Assembly (NCBI GenBank): GCA_963719315.1
Contig: CAVRBU010000005.1
Location: forward strand, 1-64,000
Source: an uncultured Planctomycetota bacterium
Lineage (GTDB): Bacteria; Planctomycetota; Planctomycetia; Pirellulales; Lacipirellulaceae
Direction of reading: 5' to 3'
Length of the DNA: 64,000 bases
Part shown: one piece after another, positions 1 through 11,123 of the stretch
Numbering within the stretch: the first letter of the stretch is position 1
How the letters are laid out: each line of letters opens with the position of its first letter
Made by a program: the position numbers and the translations under genes
The notes under the pieces: model-generated
Told to the model about the DNA's origin: nothing
The model's input: only the letters and a program-made list of their open reading frames with translations
The model's database searches: none

Positions 1-337
1 CTATGTTTGTAACCAAGTTGGTGGAACAGAGCTGCAGCTCATGAAATTTGCAGCCGAACGGCTGAATATGCTCAAAGCCGAACTCGGCGATGAATTGTGG
101 AAATCGATTGCTGTAGAAAGCGAGAAAAGCGCTACGGCGAAAGCAGGCCGGACCAAGACACATGGCAAATGTTTCTCAGGGGCGAAGCACTTGAGGAGTC
201 ATTGTTCGAAAATAGCTCAAAGCTGCCGTGCCGCGGGCTGCGAATCTTTTTCGCTGCCTTCGTCGGCCTGTCATCCTTCGGGGCTCGCCCCGCTGAGGCC
301 GCAAGGCCCTTGGCCTCGAAGGATGATGGGACGATGA
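1..337 (+). CDS. 3' part of an unidentified ORF running in from the window edge
   Basis: Frame is open from base 2 to the stop at 337 (YVCNQVGGTELQLMKFAAERL...); no recognisable motif. Confidence 0.3.
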   Translation, partial: YVCNQVGGTELQLMKFAAERLNMLKAELGDELWKSIAVESEKSATAKAGRTKTHGKCFSGAKHLRSHCSKIAQSCRAAGCESFSLPSSACHPSGLAPLRPQGPWPRRMMGR

Positions 338-443
338 AGGCACTTCCCTCACCTGCCTTTGTTGGTCAGATTCCGAGGGGCTTTTCAGAAAAGAGTCAGA
401 TTGAGCGAAGCGAATGGTTCGCTAGATATGCATGCAGGCGACG

Positions 444-1520
444 CTAGGTCGCGATGCGCTGTTGCTGCGCTAGCCATCCAGTGCTGCGCAAACGCTCCCA
501 AGCAATTCGAATATGGCTTGGTTGCATTAGTTCTTTCTTACGCTCGTTCCAATCGCGCACATCATTCACTGCGCGATCTACATCGGTTGCTGCCTCTGGA
601 TCGTCATGGGCAGCAACCCAATGAACGCTGGAAAGCAATTCCATTCCGTAAGACGTTTCAAATCCTTCGATCAATTCTGCGACGCGTTGAAATCGTAGTT
701 GCATTTCGGCTTCATGCTTAAGGAAGGCTTCAGCTTCCTCCGCCGCTTCAGGTAGTAACTCTATTGGCGTCTCTGGCTTAGTTGTCCCTACACCGTCTCC
801 ATAACCTTCGATGAAGTGTCCGTCGATGTGTTCGAGGACTTTGCGAAGGTTATCCGCGTAGGGGCCGAAATGTCCTTTGACGAATTTGAGCTTCAGATCC
901 TCGCCAGCACTCTGCATGAAGTAAGCAAGCTTTTGGATCTCAAGCATCGATAGTCGATACGGGTAGCCAGGAACCAAATAGCGATTCATTAAGCACAGCA
1001 CGGCCGCTCGTCCGGGAGTCATCTTGGGACGGGCAGTGCGATCAATCATCTTGCGAGTGGCTTTCGAATTGTTCGGCTCAAACAAAAGCACTCTGACCGC
1101 CGGGAGCTTCGCAAACGCCCGATAGATCAATGAAGAAACGTCGCTCCAGCTCAGGCCACCATTGCCACAGCCCAAAGGAGGCACAGCAATTGATGAGATT
1201 TTACGAGCTCGAATTTCTTCCACGAGCGCTGCCAGACCGGCTTCGATGTCTTCGATCTTCGAATTGCCCTTCCAATGCCGCTTCGTTGGAAAGTTGATGA
1301 TGAAGCGAGGATTCTGAAGAGAGCGCGTTTCGAAGACGAACATACGTCCTGGCTCAACGTCGCCAGCTTTGCACGCCCGCTCATAGGCTTCACAGTTTTC
1401 TGGAAAAGCCTTTTTGAATTGAAGCGCAATACCCTTGCCCATCACACCGACGGTGTTGACGGTATTTACCAACGCTTCAACGTCGGCTTCAAGCAGGTTT
1501 CCTTGCGCGATTTCGATCAT
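444..1520 (-). CDS. darG: DarG macrodomain antitoxin (DNA ADP-ribosyl glycohydrolase)
   Basis: N-terminal macrodomain (GNLLEADVEALVNTVNTVGVMGKGIALQFK, IINFPTKRHW, SIAVPPLGCGNGGL) plus DarG C-terminal region (LEIQKLAYF, GPYA, GMELLSSVHW). Lies directly downstream of darT; ATG at 1520 or TTG at 1526. Confidence 0.93.
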   Translation of the reverse strand: MIEIAQGNLLEADVEALVNTVNTVGVMGKGIALQFKKAFPENCEAYERACKAGDVEPGRMFVFETRSLQNPRFIINFPTKRHWKGNSKIEDIEAGLAALVEEIRARKISSIAVPPLGCGNGGLSWSDVSSLIYRAFAKLPAVRVLLFEPNNSKATRKMIDRTARPKMTPGRAAVLCLMNRYLVPGYPYRLSMLEIQKLAYFMQSAGEDLKLKFVKGHFGPYADNLRKVLEHIDGHFIEGYGDGVGTTKPETPIELLPEAAEEAEAFLKHEAEMQLRFQRVAELIEGFETSYGMELLSSVHWVAAHDDPEAATDVDRAVNDVRDWNERKKELMQPSHIRIAWERLRSTGWLAQQQRIAT

Positions 1521-1526
1521 ACTCAA

Positions 1527-2165
1527 TTAATAATACCACGCTGGCTTCAAGATCACATCGGGAACTTCGTCGCAGTCTTCCAGCAGTTCTTGGACTTTCT
1601 GCTTAGTCTGCTCGGTTTTTACTCCGATTTGCTGAATGGCAGACCAGGGACACCGCTTGTGAACTAAGAATTCCGCTTGCCGCTTTTCCTTAGTCTGTTC
1701 ACTGCCAGCCCAATACTCTAGCGGCATCACTTGCCAGTCAACTTTATCCAAATCATCGACCGAATCAAAATACTGGGCGTATCCCAATTCCGCATGGCGA
1801 TCCGTAAAGGCCCAAGGACGACCGGTTTCTTCGATGACATCAATGCTAGAAACCAAATGGACAATGGGATTTTGTCCTCCTTTGTATTGCGCGACGGCTC
1901 CAGCATAGATGACGTAGAGCATGACCGAGCGCGGACAGAAATTAAACGGAACGTAGTCACCCAAAAATCCCCCGGCCGACACTGGCACTCGCCTTTTCAG
2001 TCGCCTCTCTTTGATGTGCTCGTGGCCGATACTGGTTGTCACCAGCTTCCGCTCGATGCGCTTAGAGTCGCACCACAATCGCCCCTCCGCGATCATACTC
2101 GCGAGGTTATCCAAATGCGTGATGTGATAAATCTGGATTGATTTTCTTTTTGCCACGGTGGCCAC
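1527..2165 (-). CDS. darT: DarT DNA ADP-ribosyltransferase toxin (DUF4433)
   Basis: YHITHLDNL, DYVPFNFCPRSVMLY, FTDRHA and catalytic RQAEFLV motifs; C-terminal PAWYY; tightly coupled to darG. Confidence 0.93.
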   Translation of the reverse strand: MATVAKRKSIQIYHITHLDNLASMIAEGRLWCDSKRIERKLVTTSIGHEHIKERRLKRRVPVSAGGFLGDYVPFNFCPRSVMLYVIYAGAVAQYKGGQNPIVHLVSSIDVIEETGRPWAFTDRHAELGYAQYFDSVDDLDKVDWQVMPLEYWAGSEQTKEKRQAEFLVHKRCPWSAIQQIGVKTEQTKQKVQELLEDCDEVPDVILKPAWYY

Positions 2166-2355
2166 CGACGGATCGCGACGTTCTCAGACTGACATAGTTC
2201 TGCTGTCGATTCTAGAATTCGGCCCCCCTTACCGCCAGCAGAACTTAAGTGCCGGTTTTTGATGGGTGCTCGCCCCCGAGATTGTTGGCCTTGAAGTATG
2301 GTGGACATTGAAGGAACTTCCATTCGTCAATTCCATGACCGACTGAAAGGTATCG

Positions 2356-3206
2356 CTACGCCCTCCGCCAGATTATCCATCTGCTACCGGCATCATCGAC
2401 TCCAGCGATCTCGTCATCTGTGGCGTCCAGATGAATCTCATAGTCTCGTGATGGCAACGTTCCTGCCTGAACTTGCTCACGGATATTTGCTGAAATCAGC
2501 TGTTCACCGTTTCGTAAAAGCTTCGCCCAGCGATCGGCAGATGTTACCGCTTCTACCGAAGTCCCGTCTCCGGCAGTACCACCGCCCGGCGGTGCCACAA
2601 GTCGACCGCTTTTCAAGCGAATGACTGACAAAATATTCGCCTTTCGAAACGCCTTGACCTCATCTCTGGTTTGCGGGCAATTCGCTACGTCGATTCCACG
2701 AATGGTGACCGGGTCGAGCAAATGTGGCCAGTTCTCGTCAACGATGTTTAGGACGTCAAACTCATACCAGTCGCCATGGTGATACAAGCCAATTTCATAG
2801 ACTGACGCAGAGTCGACGATTGCGAACAACAAAGGGCCCGTTCGTTTAATGTATCCGCTAGTCTCGAAGCCGATACCGAGGTGAAAGTGAATCACCCGAT
2901 AGTCGTTGTACATCCCATCTTCAACGCTCGGCCGATCGATAAGTTTAGATTGCCAAGGCCAGATATCAGCTCCGTTGCTAAATGCTTGCTCAAGATCCGC
3001 CAAACCTTGCTGCAATTCCGGCGGACATTGAAAGTCCTTTGCTCGCTGAATGGTCCGCTTCTGCGCTCGCACGAGGCGTCGTTTCCAAGACTGCCACTGG
3101 ATGGCGGATCTTGATCATTGAACGCAGAATGGTCGAAGGCAGCGCTCGTCAATTCTTTACGAATCGCGCCAATCCATTCCGAGTAGAGATTGCAAACTAT
3201 GTTCAT
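2356..3206 (-). CDS. Hypothetical protein, split by one frameshift near 3100
   Basis: ORF 2892-3206 (MNIVCNLYSEW...) and ORF 2356-3072 join into one protein of about 283 aa containing DGMYNDYRVIHFHLG...RTGPLLF...HHGDW; same strand as and upstream of darT. Confidence 0.6.
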
Positions 3207-3218
3207 TGCGATGTCTTC

Positions 3219-3419
3219 TTAAGTTTCAGTTGCTCGCCGAGGAACGGCATCGTTGTGATCGGCAATGACTTCTTTCGAGGAGGCAGACCAAGGTAAATAC
3301 AGTTTTTCAGATGACACAAGCTGGCAACCGCAGCGGGGGCATTGGACCAGGGCCGAAAGCGAAAACATTTTCGCACCGCATTCGCAAACAAAATAGTAGC
3401 GGAGGGGAAGAAGCGTCAT
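3219..3419 (-). CDS. Small putative zinc-ribbon protein
   Basis: 66-aa ORF from ATG 3419 with CECG...CPRCG cysteine pairs; ends just upstream of the start of the next ORF (3206). Confidence 0.35.
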   Translation of the reverse strand: MTLLPLRYYFVCECGAKMFSLSALVQCPRCGCQLVSSEKLYLPWSASSKEVIADHNDAVPRRATET

Positions 3420-3657
3420 ATCGCTCCTCCAGCAGATTGGCTGCCCCGGTAACCGCTGTCGACTAGGGTCAAAATTGCCTCTCGAATGTGAGGCGGAAGA
3501 TGCGGCCATCGCTCTGCGATGTAGCTGATAGTCGGGGCAAAAGAAGAGACGCTGACTGCCTCTGAGAGACAATCAGCGTCTGTTGAACACTCCCCAGATA
3601 CTCCCAGCGACTTTTCAGATATTCTCTAAGTCGTTGTCGGTTTCCTGGTTAAGTAAG

Positions 3658-4012
<355 letters not shown>

Positions 4013-4194
4013 GTGAATGCCGCATTGCAGCCTAGGTATTATAGGCCCGGGAGCAAGGGCCGGAAAGCGAAGAATGGAAGAATCGTCGTTTGCTTTTCCA
4101 GACAATAATGGACATGCTGGGAACGCCGTCGTACGGCGGTCGATGTCGGACGCGACGACGACCGGAATGAACTCGAAACGATAGGAGCTGCTCC

Positions 4195-4860
4195 ATGAAT
4201 TCTCAACGATTGTGGCTGCTGTTTGCAATTGTCGCGTTTGCAACGCACCGTGCGTCGGCCGATGAGGGGAACACTGTCGCTCTCTTCAACGCCCGCGATC
4301 TTACGGGGTGGACGTACCACTTGGCCGATCCGAAAGTGAAGCTGGACGACGTTTGGTCGGTGACACACGGTGTATTGAAGTGTAAAGGCGAGCCGATAGG
4401 CTATCTGCTCACCAAGAAAAACGACTTCGAAAACTACGTGCTCACACTCGACTGGCGTTGGCCCGGTAAAGCTGGCAACAACGGTGTCTTGGTGCACATC
4501 ACCGAACCCGGCGCGCTGGGTGTGTGGCCGAAGAGCTTCGAGGTGCAATTGCAAGGTGGCGAAGCGGGCGATCTATGGGTCATCGGCACGACACTCGCAA
4601 TCGAACATCCCGAGGGTCGCATTGAAGATCGCCGCCATAAGAACCTCACGGACGGCAGCGAGAAACCGCTCGGCGAATGGAACGCGATCGAGATCACCTG
4701 CCGGGGCGACGAGATCTCGGTGAAGGTGAACGGCGAGTTGGTGAATCACGCGACGAAACTCAGCCAACATCGAGGCGCCATAGGACTGCAATCCGAGGGC
4801 ACGCCAATCGAGTATCGCAATATCAAACTCACAATGTTGAAAGACGGATCGGCACACTGA
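4195..4860 (+). CDS. Secreted DUF1080 (3-keto-disaccharide hydrolase family) protein
   Basis: Signal peptide; LFNARDLTGW, NNGVLVH, EVQL, GEWNAIEITCRG, GAIGLQSEG..IEYRNIK motifs. Confidence 0.9.
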   Translation: MNSQRLWLLFAIVAFATHRASADEGNTVALFNARDLTGWTYHLADPKVKLDDVWSVTHGVLKCKGEPIGYLLTKKNDFENYVLTLDWRWPGKAGNNGVLVHITEPGALGVWPKSFEVQLQGGEAGDLWVIGTTLAIEHPEGRIEDRRHKNLTDGSEKPLGEWNAIEITCRGDEISVKVNGELVNHATKLSQHRGAIGLQSEGTPIEYRNIKLTMLKDGSAH

Positions 4861-5229
4861 CAATCCGTCAGTCAGCGGTTCATGTCGCATCGAGAAATTG
4901 AACAGAACCCAATGCCAGAATGTTTTGAAGTAGAGGAAACAGAGTGAACGGAGTGAATGCAATCGTCTGTGACCGCTAGCCGTTAGTCATTTGCTCGACG
5001 ACTTTAAGCCGTCACTGTCCTTGGTATCCCGCGTCGATGGTGCCAGGATGGTGACGCAGTTTTGTCGTCTGCCGTACCATGAATCGCAAGTGCCGAGACA
5101 ATTGTGGAGGCACATACTTAAGGGAAGGCGACGGATTGGGTGCTGGTTTAATTCGGCACTTTCACGACACGTTCATCCGTCGTTGCGACGCGGTATTCTG
5201 GTTGTAAACTATTCCCGACTCGGTAGGAA

Positions 5230-5437
5230 GGGCCGAATATTCTCCACCGACGAGGTGCTGCCGCTGCACGATCCGCACGGCTCCGAGGTCCCGGCCTACC
5301 AGGCATATGTTTGTATCGCGCTACTCAAGATGACCGGGCTCATCGAGCAACACGGTCGCCAAGGCTATTCCATTTCCACTCCCGATGAATTCGCTAATGC
5401 GGTAGGCGCAATCTGGCAGAAGCTTCCCTCCAAATAA
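5230..5437 (+). pseudogene. C-terminal remnant of a hypothetical gene
   Basis: Only the last ~65 codons of ORF 4991-5437 look protein-like (VPAYQAYVCIALLKMTGLIEQHGRQGY); no convincing start. Confidence 0.35.
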
Positions 5438-5477
5438 CCGGGGACTAAATAAAAATCGAGCCGACGCTGCTCGATCA

Positions 5478-6539
5478 TCATTCGTGGAAAACCTTCTTGG
5501 TGAATACCTTGAGCGCGTTAACGGCTTCCACAACGTTATCGATATCTTCGTAGGAAAGAAAAAGGATCTTATCGCGCAATGAGGAGTGCTTCACATTCAA
5601 TCGATCTATAATGCGCGTTTGTTGTTCTTCATCCGTGACCACGACCGCTTTTTGCACAAATGATGCGACCATTTCAAGTCGCTCTATAGCGTCGGCAATG
5701 CTCCCGCCGAGCTGCACTTCAAATGCGTATTGAACTTTTCCGCCAAAATTGATGACACGCGCCCAAAGGCAATCCAATTGACGGTTCTCTGACAACTGAG
5801 GCGCACCCGTCGGCCGTGCATCATTAACTGGTGCCCGTTTGATGGATGTGAATTCGAAGAACTCGCCGATCGCTTTTAGTTTGTTTTCAATGTCATTATG
5901 TGAAACGTCTTCGACCGCCTTTGCGTCGGGCATTTCCATGACCCGCCGTTGAGTCGCTTCGCGCATTCCTAGTTTTGAAAGGTAGTACGTGTCGGCTACC
6001 TTGTTAACCATCCCAAGGGCGCGAAGCCATTCCAGCCGATGCTTAAATTGCATGCGAGCGTGATTTGAATTCCACGTCACGTTCCATGTTTCACGAATCT
6101 TTTTTTCCCAAGCCTGAACCAACTCTTCGCCGGAAATGGGTTGGCGTTGTTCAATCAGCGAGGTCAATTCCTCGATGCCGATAAAGTTGCTGGAAACGGT
6201 GTCGTAGAGAAGAGTTGCCGAGCCGGTCTTAGCGAGTTCGAGTCCAGTTGGTGTTAGCTCGCATTGCTTCTCGTGCGAATCAACTAGCCCAGCTCCAATC
6301 AGTAGCAAATCGACGATGTTCTTCGCGTAGCTCTCTTTAATCTCGTAGTCGTTTGCAAGAAGGCGAACAACCTCTTGTCGGGAGAGATGCTTTCCATCAA
6401 TTGCCCGAAGAATGGCCAGGTAGTTGGTGAATCCCTTCGGAATTCCCCCGACCATCGGCCAAAACGTATTCGATCGTGTGGGATGTTTCCGGTTTTTTTG
6501 CTCGTGACAGCGGCGATTGATTGTCCCAGAACCGTCCAA
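5478..6539 (-). CDS. Tandem winged-helix plus PD-(D/E)xK-type putative restriction nuclease
   Basis: Two wH-like repeats ending GAGLVD...ELTPTG and RLEWLRALGMV...YYLSKLG; C-terminal SHNDIENKL...LDCLW...YAFEVQLGG nuclease-like motif; lower GC than the flanking core genes. Confidence 0.65.
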   Translation of the reverse strand: MDGSGTINRRCHEQKNRKHPTRSNTFWPMVGGIPKGFTNYLAILRAIDGKHLSRQEVVRLLANDYEIKESYAKNIVDLLLIGAGLVDSHEKQCELTPTGLELAKTGSATLLYDTVSSNFIGIEELTSLIEQRQPISGEELVQAWEKKIRETWNVTWNSNHARMQFKHRLEWLRALGMVNKVADTYYLSKLGMREATQRRVMEMPDAKAVEDVSHNDIENKLKAIGEFFEFTSIKRAPVNDARPTGAPQLSENRQLDCLWARVINFGGKVQYAFEVQLGGSIADAIERLEMVASFVQKAVVVTDEEQQTRIIDRLNVKHSSLRDKILFLSYEDIDNVVEAVNALKVFTKKVFHE

Positions 6540-7159
6540 CTATTAGGACCAAGCGATGCCGCGGTTCTGATCGTACTTAACCGGAATCTGTTTTAAAAAC
6601 GGGTGCGAAATACCTTGGCGAGTCTACTCCTGGAAATAGGGATGAATGGTACTGGGGCTGGCAAATTAGTGGCGGCAGCGCGTTCCACTGGGAGACGTTG
6701 CGAAACAGATGAAGAATGCCGCTGGCAACGAGCGCGCAGATTGGTAGGGGTCGCGGGTCGCCCAACCTTCGTGGATCGCGAAAACTCCGGCAGTAAGACA
6801 TCAAGTGGTCACCGATGCTGTACGGGCATCCAAGCAAATTTGCCGCCGCCAATCGACAGTGCATGTACGTCTCCGTACAAGCAAGACGAGATTCGATCGG
6901 ACATCATTCCCCACCTTTTCCTACGCACGGAAATAACATACTCACGAATTTTGTTAGGGGTTCTTAGTTTTCACGATGGTCAATCTTAACCTAAGACTTG
7001 ACCCGATCAATACGCAAACAGCCCGTTCGCACACGTCATCGAACCTGACATGTCGGTGAACTTCTGGCCCTTAAAAATCGGCGGTCACTAATGTCATCCT
7101 GCTAGTCGTGGTAGGGCACATGTACGGCCGGATAGGCGGCTGGTCACGAAACTCGTCTC

Positions 7160-7875
7160 CCGTCCGAATTCGGCCATCGAGCTTAAGATCCTGGCGCGAG
7201 CCTCGCTTTATTTGCCTGCTTGACTACGCCAGTAAGCGCGGTGATCATCTCTTTGGTCTTCGCCGCGAGCTTCAATCGGAAAGAGATAGGGAGTTATGGC
7301 TCTCTCGCCCTTCAAGCGCCCATTGCCCAACACGCAACACCGCGCACCGTGCGAAATTCCGCGCGCAAGCTCGGAAGGTCGGCGATCATTGCCAGCGCGG
7401 CAGCGATCGCTTTCTTGATGAACCGCGACTTGACATCGCCCAGATTGGATGTCTTAACCAGGTCGATGAAATCGGCCAGATCTTCTGCCGGCATCCAGTA
7501 GCTGAACCGCGGAACCTTGTGCGTTGCCCAGCTCCGAACGGCCTTCGCATCATCTTTATTCAGCGCCGTGACTTTCACGCGCGCAATGAACGAGCCGAGC
7601 GAATTTAGATCGTTACCAATCATGCGTCGTCCAGCGACTACCCCTTCAACGATCGAAGTCCCGCCGCCCATGTACGGGTCCAACACCAGGTCACCCGGCT
7701 TCGAGAATAATTCTATGGCCGCGGCCGCAAACTTTGGAGAGAACCTGGCCGGGTATCGATAGAAGTTGTGAGTCCAGCCGGCAACCGGATTACGATAGAG
7801 CGCAGCTTCCGCAAGCGCAGGAACATTCGAAACAAGGTTTGGCGACAATCGGCGAGCTTGGCGTCGTGCGTTCAT
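7160..7875 (-). pseudogene. Truncated N4-cytosine/N6-adenine DNA methyltransferase
   Basis: THNFYRYPARFSP and SAM-binding VLDPYMGGGTS motifs present; frameshift near 7360 followed by stops; no SPPY/DPPY catalytic motif found downstream. Confidence 0.7.
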
Positions 7876-8833
7876 GCCGAATTAACACCGCTCGATAAAT
7901 TCAAGTACGACAGGCGACCTGCGCGAAGTATCGCGATAACTGCCAGGCTGGTCAAGATCGACGATCCGAAATAGGTCACCTGACGTTGCCCTGCTATTTG
8001 TTAACTAAAGAATCGTCGATCAGCTCGCTTACAACACTCTCGCGCGGCCGATCCGTATACTTGTGAGAGCCCTCTCCGACGCCGAATTCATGATCGACTT
8101 CCCGCGCGCTTTCCCGAAGTCGCCCGAATACGGCAACCGCGCCGCATACCATAATTCCTGGCCCAATTGCAATAAAAATCCAGCGAACGAACCGCCACCA
8201 CAAAACTCCGCAGTGGCCAAAAAGGATGTCTATACATCCGTACACAATCTGCTATATTAACTCTTCGCGCCGGAACGTGCGCACTTCGATCTTTGAAAAC
8301 TTGGAAGAAGCTGCCAGCTATTAGCTCTTGGTGTTAGTGTAAGCTGTTAGCCAGACGCACTTGTCCTGAGCGTGCCGAAGGGCCGGCTGGGTCTGTGCCG
8401 CGGCATCCAACGCGGCCGGCCTCATAGAGGCCAACCTGCCAGGAACGTGCCAGGATCGTGCAATTAAGTGAGTAAACTCGCCCACTATTGCACTGACCCA
8501 ACACACGCCGACCCACGATTCGCCGACCGCGGCGAGCGCGACTCCGTGCAAAAGTACCGACTTCCGCACGCGAAAAAAAATTTTCCATCGCTCGCGCACA
8601 ATTCAAACCCTTGTGCCGCACGAGGTTAGAAACACAGCCCCCAACACCGCCTCGCGCAAAACTCGGCCCGCCTATGAAAACAAGGCGTTTTCGAAAACCC
8701 TTTTGCACACCCCGCGCGCGTTAATTCCAACCATCGGCGCCGGATTGGTCCTTTTGCGTCTGGCCGAAAGCCGAAGGCTGATAGCTGATAGCCGCTCTAC
8801 CTGGCTCCGATTCCTCCGTTCCCTCCTGTTCAA

Positions 8834-10547
8834 TTAGCTATCTCGCAGGATTTCCTCCGCCGCGTTTTTGCCGCAAGCGCCCAATACGCCGCCGCCGGGG
8901 TGGCTGGCGGCGCCGCACAGAGTACAGGCCGCGAATCGGCGTGCGGTGGTCGGCCCAACCGGCGACGGGGCGGAAGCAGAACAGTTGATGGGCGTTCATC
9001 GCGCCCTGCATGATGTTGCCGCCCGTGATGCCGAACGTGCGTTCCAAATCGAGTGGCGAAAGGACTTGTCGGTGTTCGATCGCGCGGGGCACATTGGGGG
9101 CGTACTCGGCCAGCATTTCGATACAGCGATCGGCGAACGATTCCTTGATCGAGTCCCAGCCGAAACTCCTCTCCCCTGAGGGGAGAGGTTGGGTGAGGGG
9201 TTGTTGCGCGGCGTCGGCCGTCCCTCCCCTAGCCCCTCCCTGCAAGGGAGGGGAAAGATGGTACGGCGCGTACTGCACGAACATACTGAGAATGTGCTTG
9301 CCGGGCGGGGCGATCGTGCGATCGACGCTCGTCGGCATCGTGATTTCCAAGATCGGCCGCTCGCTCGGTCGGCCGTATTTCGCATCGTCATACGCGCGCT
9401 CCAAGTATTCGAGCGATGGTCCAATGTGCATCGTGCCGTGGTGGTGCGGGCCGACGACGCCGGGCGCGTCATTCATGCACGTGAAACGCGGCGGCTCGGA
9501 GAGGGCGAGGTTGATTTTCGCCGAGGCCGATGAATAATCGATCCGTGCCACCGCGTCGCGAAAGAACTCGGGCAGCTCGGCCGGTGTGAGAAATTTCTCG
9601 AACGTGAGGTGCGCATCGACGCTGGACGCAACGACCTTGGCGTCGAGCTGCGTGCCGTCGTCCAGCCGAACACCCGTCGCGCGGCCGCCGCTGGTGAGAA
9701 TGTGTCGCACGGGCGCTTCGCGGCGGATTTCAACGTCCAGGTCGCGGCAGGCTTTTTCCAACGAGCTCGCCAAGCCGCCCATGCCGCCTTGCACGTAGCC
9801 CCACACGCCGCGGGCGCCGCCCGCTTCACCCATCACGTGATGCAACAGCACATACGCGCTGCCGGGCGAGCTGATCGAAAGGAACGCGCCGATGATCGCA
9901 TCCGTGGCAAGCGTGGCCTTGAGCGCATCACTCTCGAACCAGCGATCGAGGATCGGCCGGGCCGCGCCAGTCATCAACTCGACCGCCTGCGGCAAGTCCT
10001 CGCCCAATTCCCGCAGAGCCCGGTAAAGGGCCCACATTTTTTTGCCGTCGCGAATGCGTTTGCCCAGGCCGATGTCGCGCCATTGCTCCGGCAGCGGCAG
10101 CGGATCGGGCGCGGCCTGGCTCAGCACCGGCTCGAGCACGGCGGCGACGCGTTCCAGAAACGCGTTGTACTTCGGGTAGGCTTCCGCATCGGTGGTGCTG
10201 AATTTCGAAATCTCGCGGCGGCAGAGTTCCGGATCCGCGCCCATCAGCAGACTGCGGCCATCGGGCAGCGGCGTGAACGACGATGGACTGCGCGGCAGAA
10301 TCACGAGTCCGTACTGTTTCAGCTTCAGCTCACGAATGATCTGGGGCAGAAACAGGCTGATCACGTAGGCGGCCGTCGAGACCTTGTAGCCCGGCCAAAG
10401 GGCTTCAGTCGTCGCGCAGCCACCTAGCACATGACGCCGTTCCACGACGCATACTTTGCGGCCCGCTTTGGCCAGGTAAGCGGCGCACACCAGGCCGTTG
10501 TGGCCACCGCCGATGACGATCGCATCGAAATGTGCCGTTTTTGACAT
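8834..10547 (-). CDS. Phytoene dehydrogenase-like NAD(P)/FAD oxidoreductase (PYROXD2-like), frameshift near 8920
   Basis: GGGHNGLVCAAYLA FAD motif, GGMGGL, SPLDLERTFGITGGNI. The typical C-terminus LCGAASHPGGGVLGACGKNAA is in the alternative frame and ends at 8834. Confidence 0.88.
9168..9254. repeat. Two GC-rich palindromic repeats inserted in frame in the oxidoreductase
   Basis: CCTCTCCCC-TGA-GGGGAGAGG-TTGGGTGAGGGG (9168-9200) and CCCTCCCCTAGCCCCTCCCTGCAAGGGAGGGGA (9222-9254); the second matches 16172-16204 at 32/33 nt. Confidence 0.85.
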
Positions 10548-10571
10548 TGGTTATCCATGAGCCGTTGACGG

Positions 10572-11060
10572 CTACAATCCCAACAGTTTGGCCGTGGCCA
10601 ACCAGTAAAGTTCGCCCGCACCGGCGTTGATTTCGCTTTCGAAACTAATCGCTACGACCGCACCCTTGGCAAACCGGATGCGAGCCGTGCCGTCGCCAAG
10701 GAGTTCGGCGGTGAGGCGTTCGACATCGGGGCTGTGGCCGACCCAGCAAGTATCGCGATCGCCTTGTGCGCGCGACCACTCTAACAATGGTTCCAACTCG
10801 GAACCGGGTTCGAGTGCTTCAAGTTCGTCAATCTTTGGGTTGCCGGCGACGTACTGCGCGATGATCTCCGCTGTCTGCCGACAGCGGCTATAGGGGCTCG
10901 TGGCGATTCGCTCGGGATTGAAGCCGCGGTCCGCGAGCGCTTTCACGACGCGTGTGTAACGTCCGATACCGTCGGCGGTCAACTCGCGGAGCGAATCATC
11001 AGGCCAGCGCGGGTCGCCGCGTTCACCGGCCCAGGCGTGGCGTGCAACGTAGATGAACAT
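10572..11060 (-). CDS. sixA: Phosphohistidine phosphatase SixA family
   Basis: RHA motif, RELTADG, TSPYSRCRQTAEI, VGHSPD, FAKGAVV. Confidence 0.9.
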   Translation of the reverse strand: MFIYVARHAWAGERGDPRWPDDSLRELTADGIGRYTRVVKALADRGFNPERIATSPYSRCRQTAEIIAQYVAGNPKIDELEALEPGSELEPLLEWSRAQGDRDTCWVGHSPDVERLTAELLGDGTARIRFAKGAVVAISFESEINAGAGELYWLATAKLLGL

Positions 11061-11123
11061 GGTGGAAGAGGATTCGGGATGCAGGATACGGGGGACAGGG
11101 ACGGTCGGTATCTTTGTGGTGAA

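Noticed and set aside
8224..8239. Palindrome GGATGT-ctat-ACATCC as a LexA-like operator
   Set aside because: Single occurrence with no clearly associated intact gene; it cannot be assigned without a genome-wide scan.
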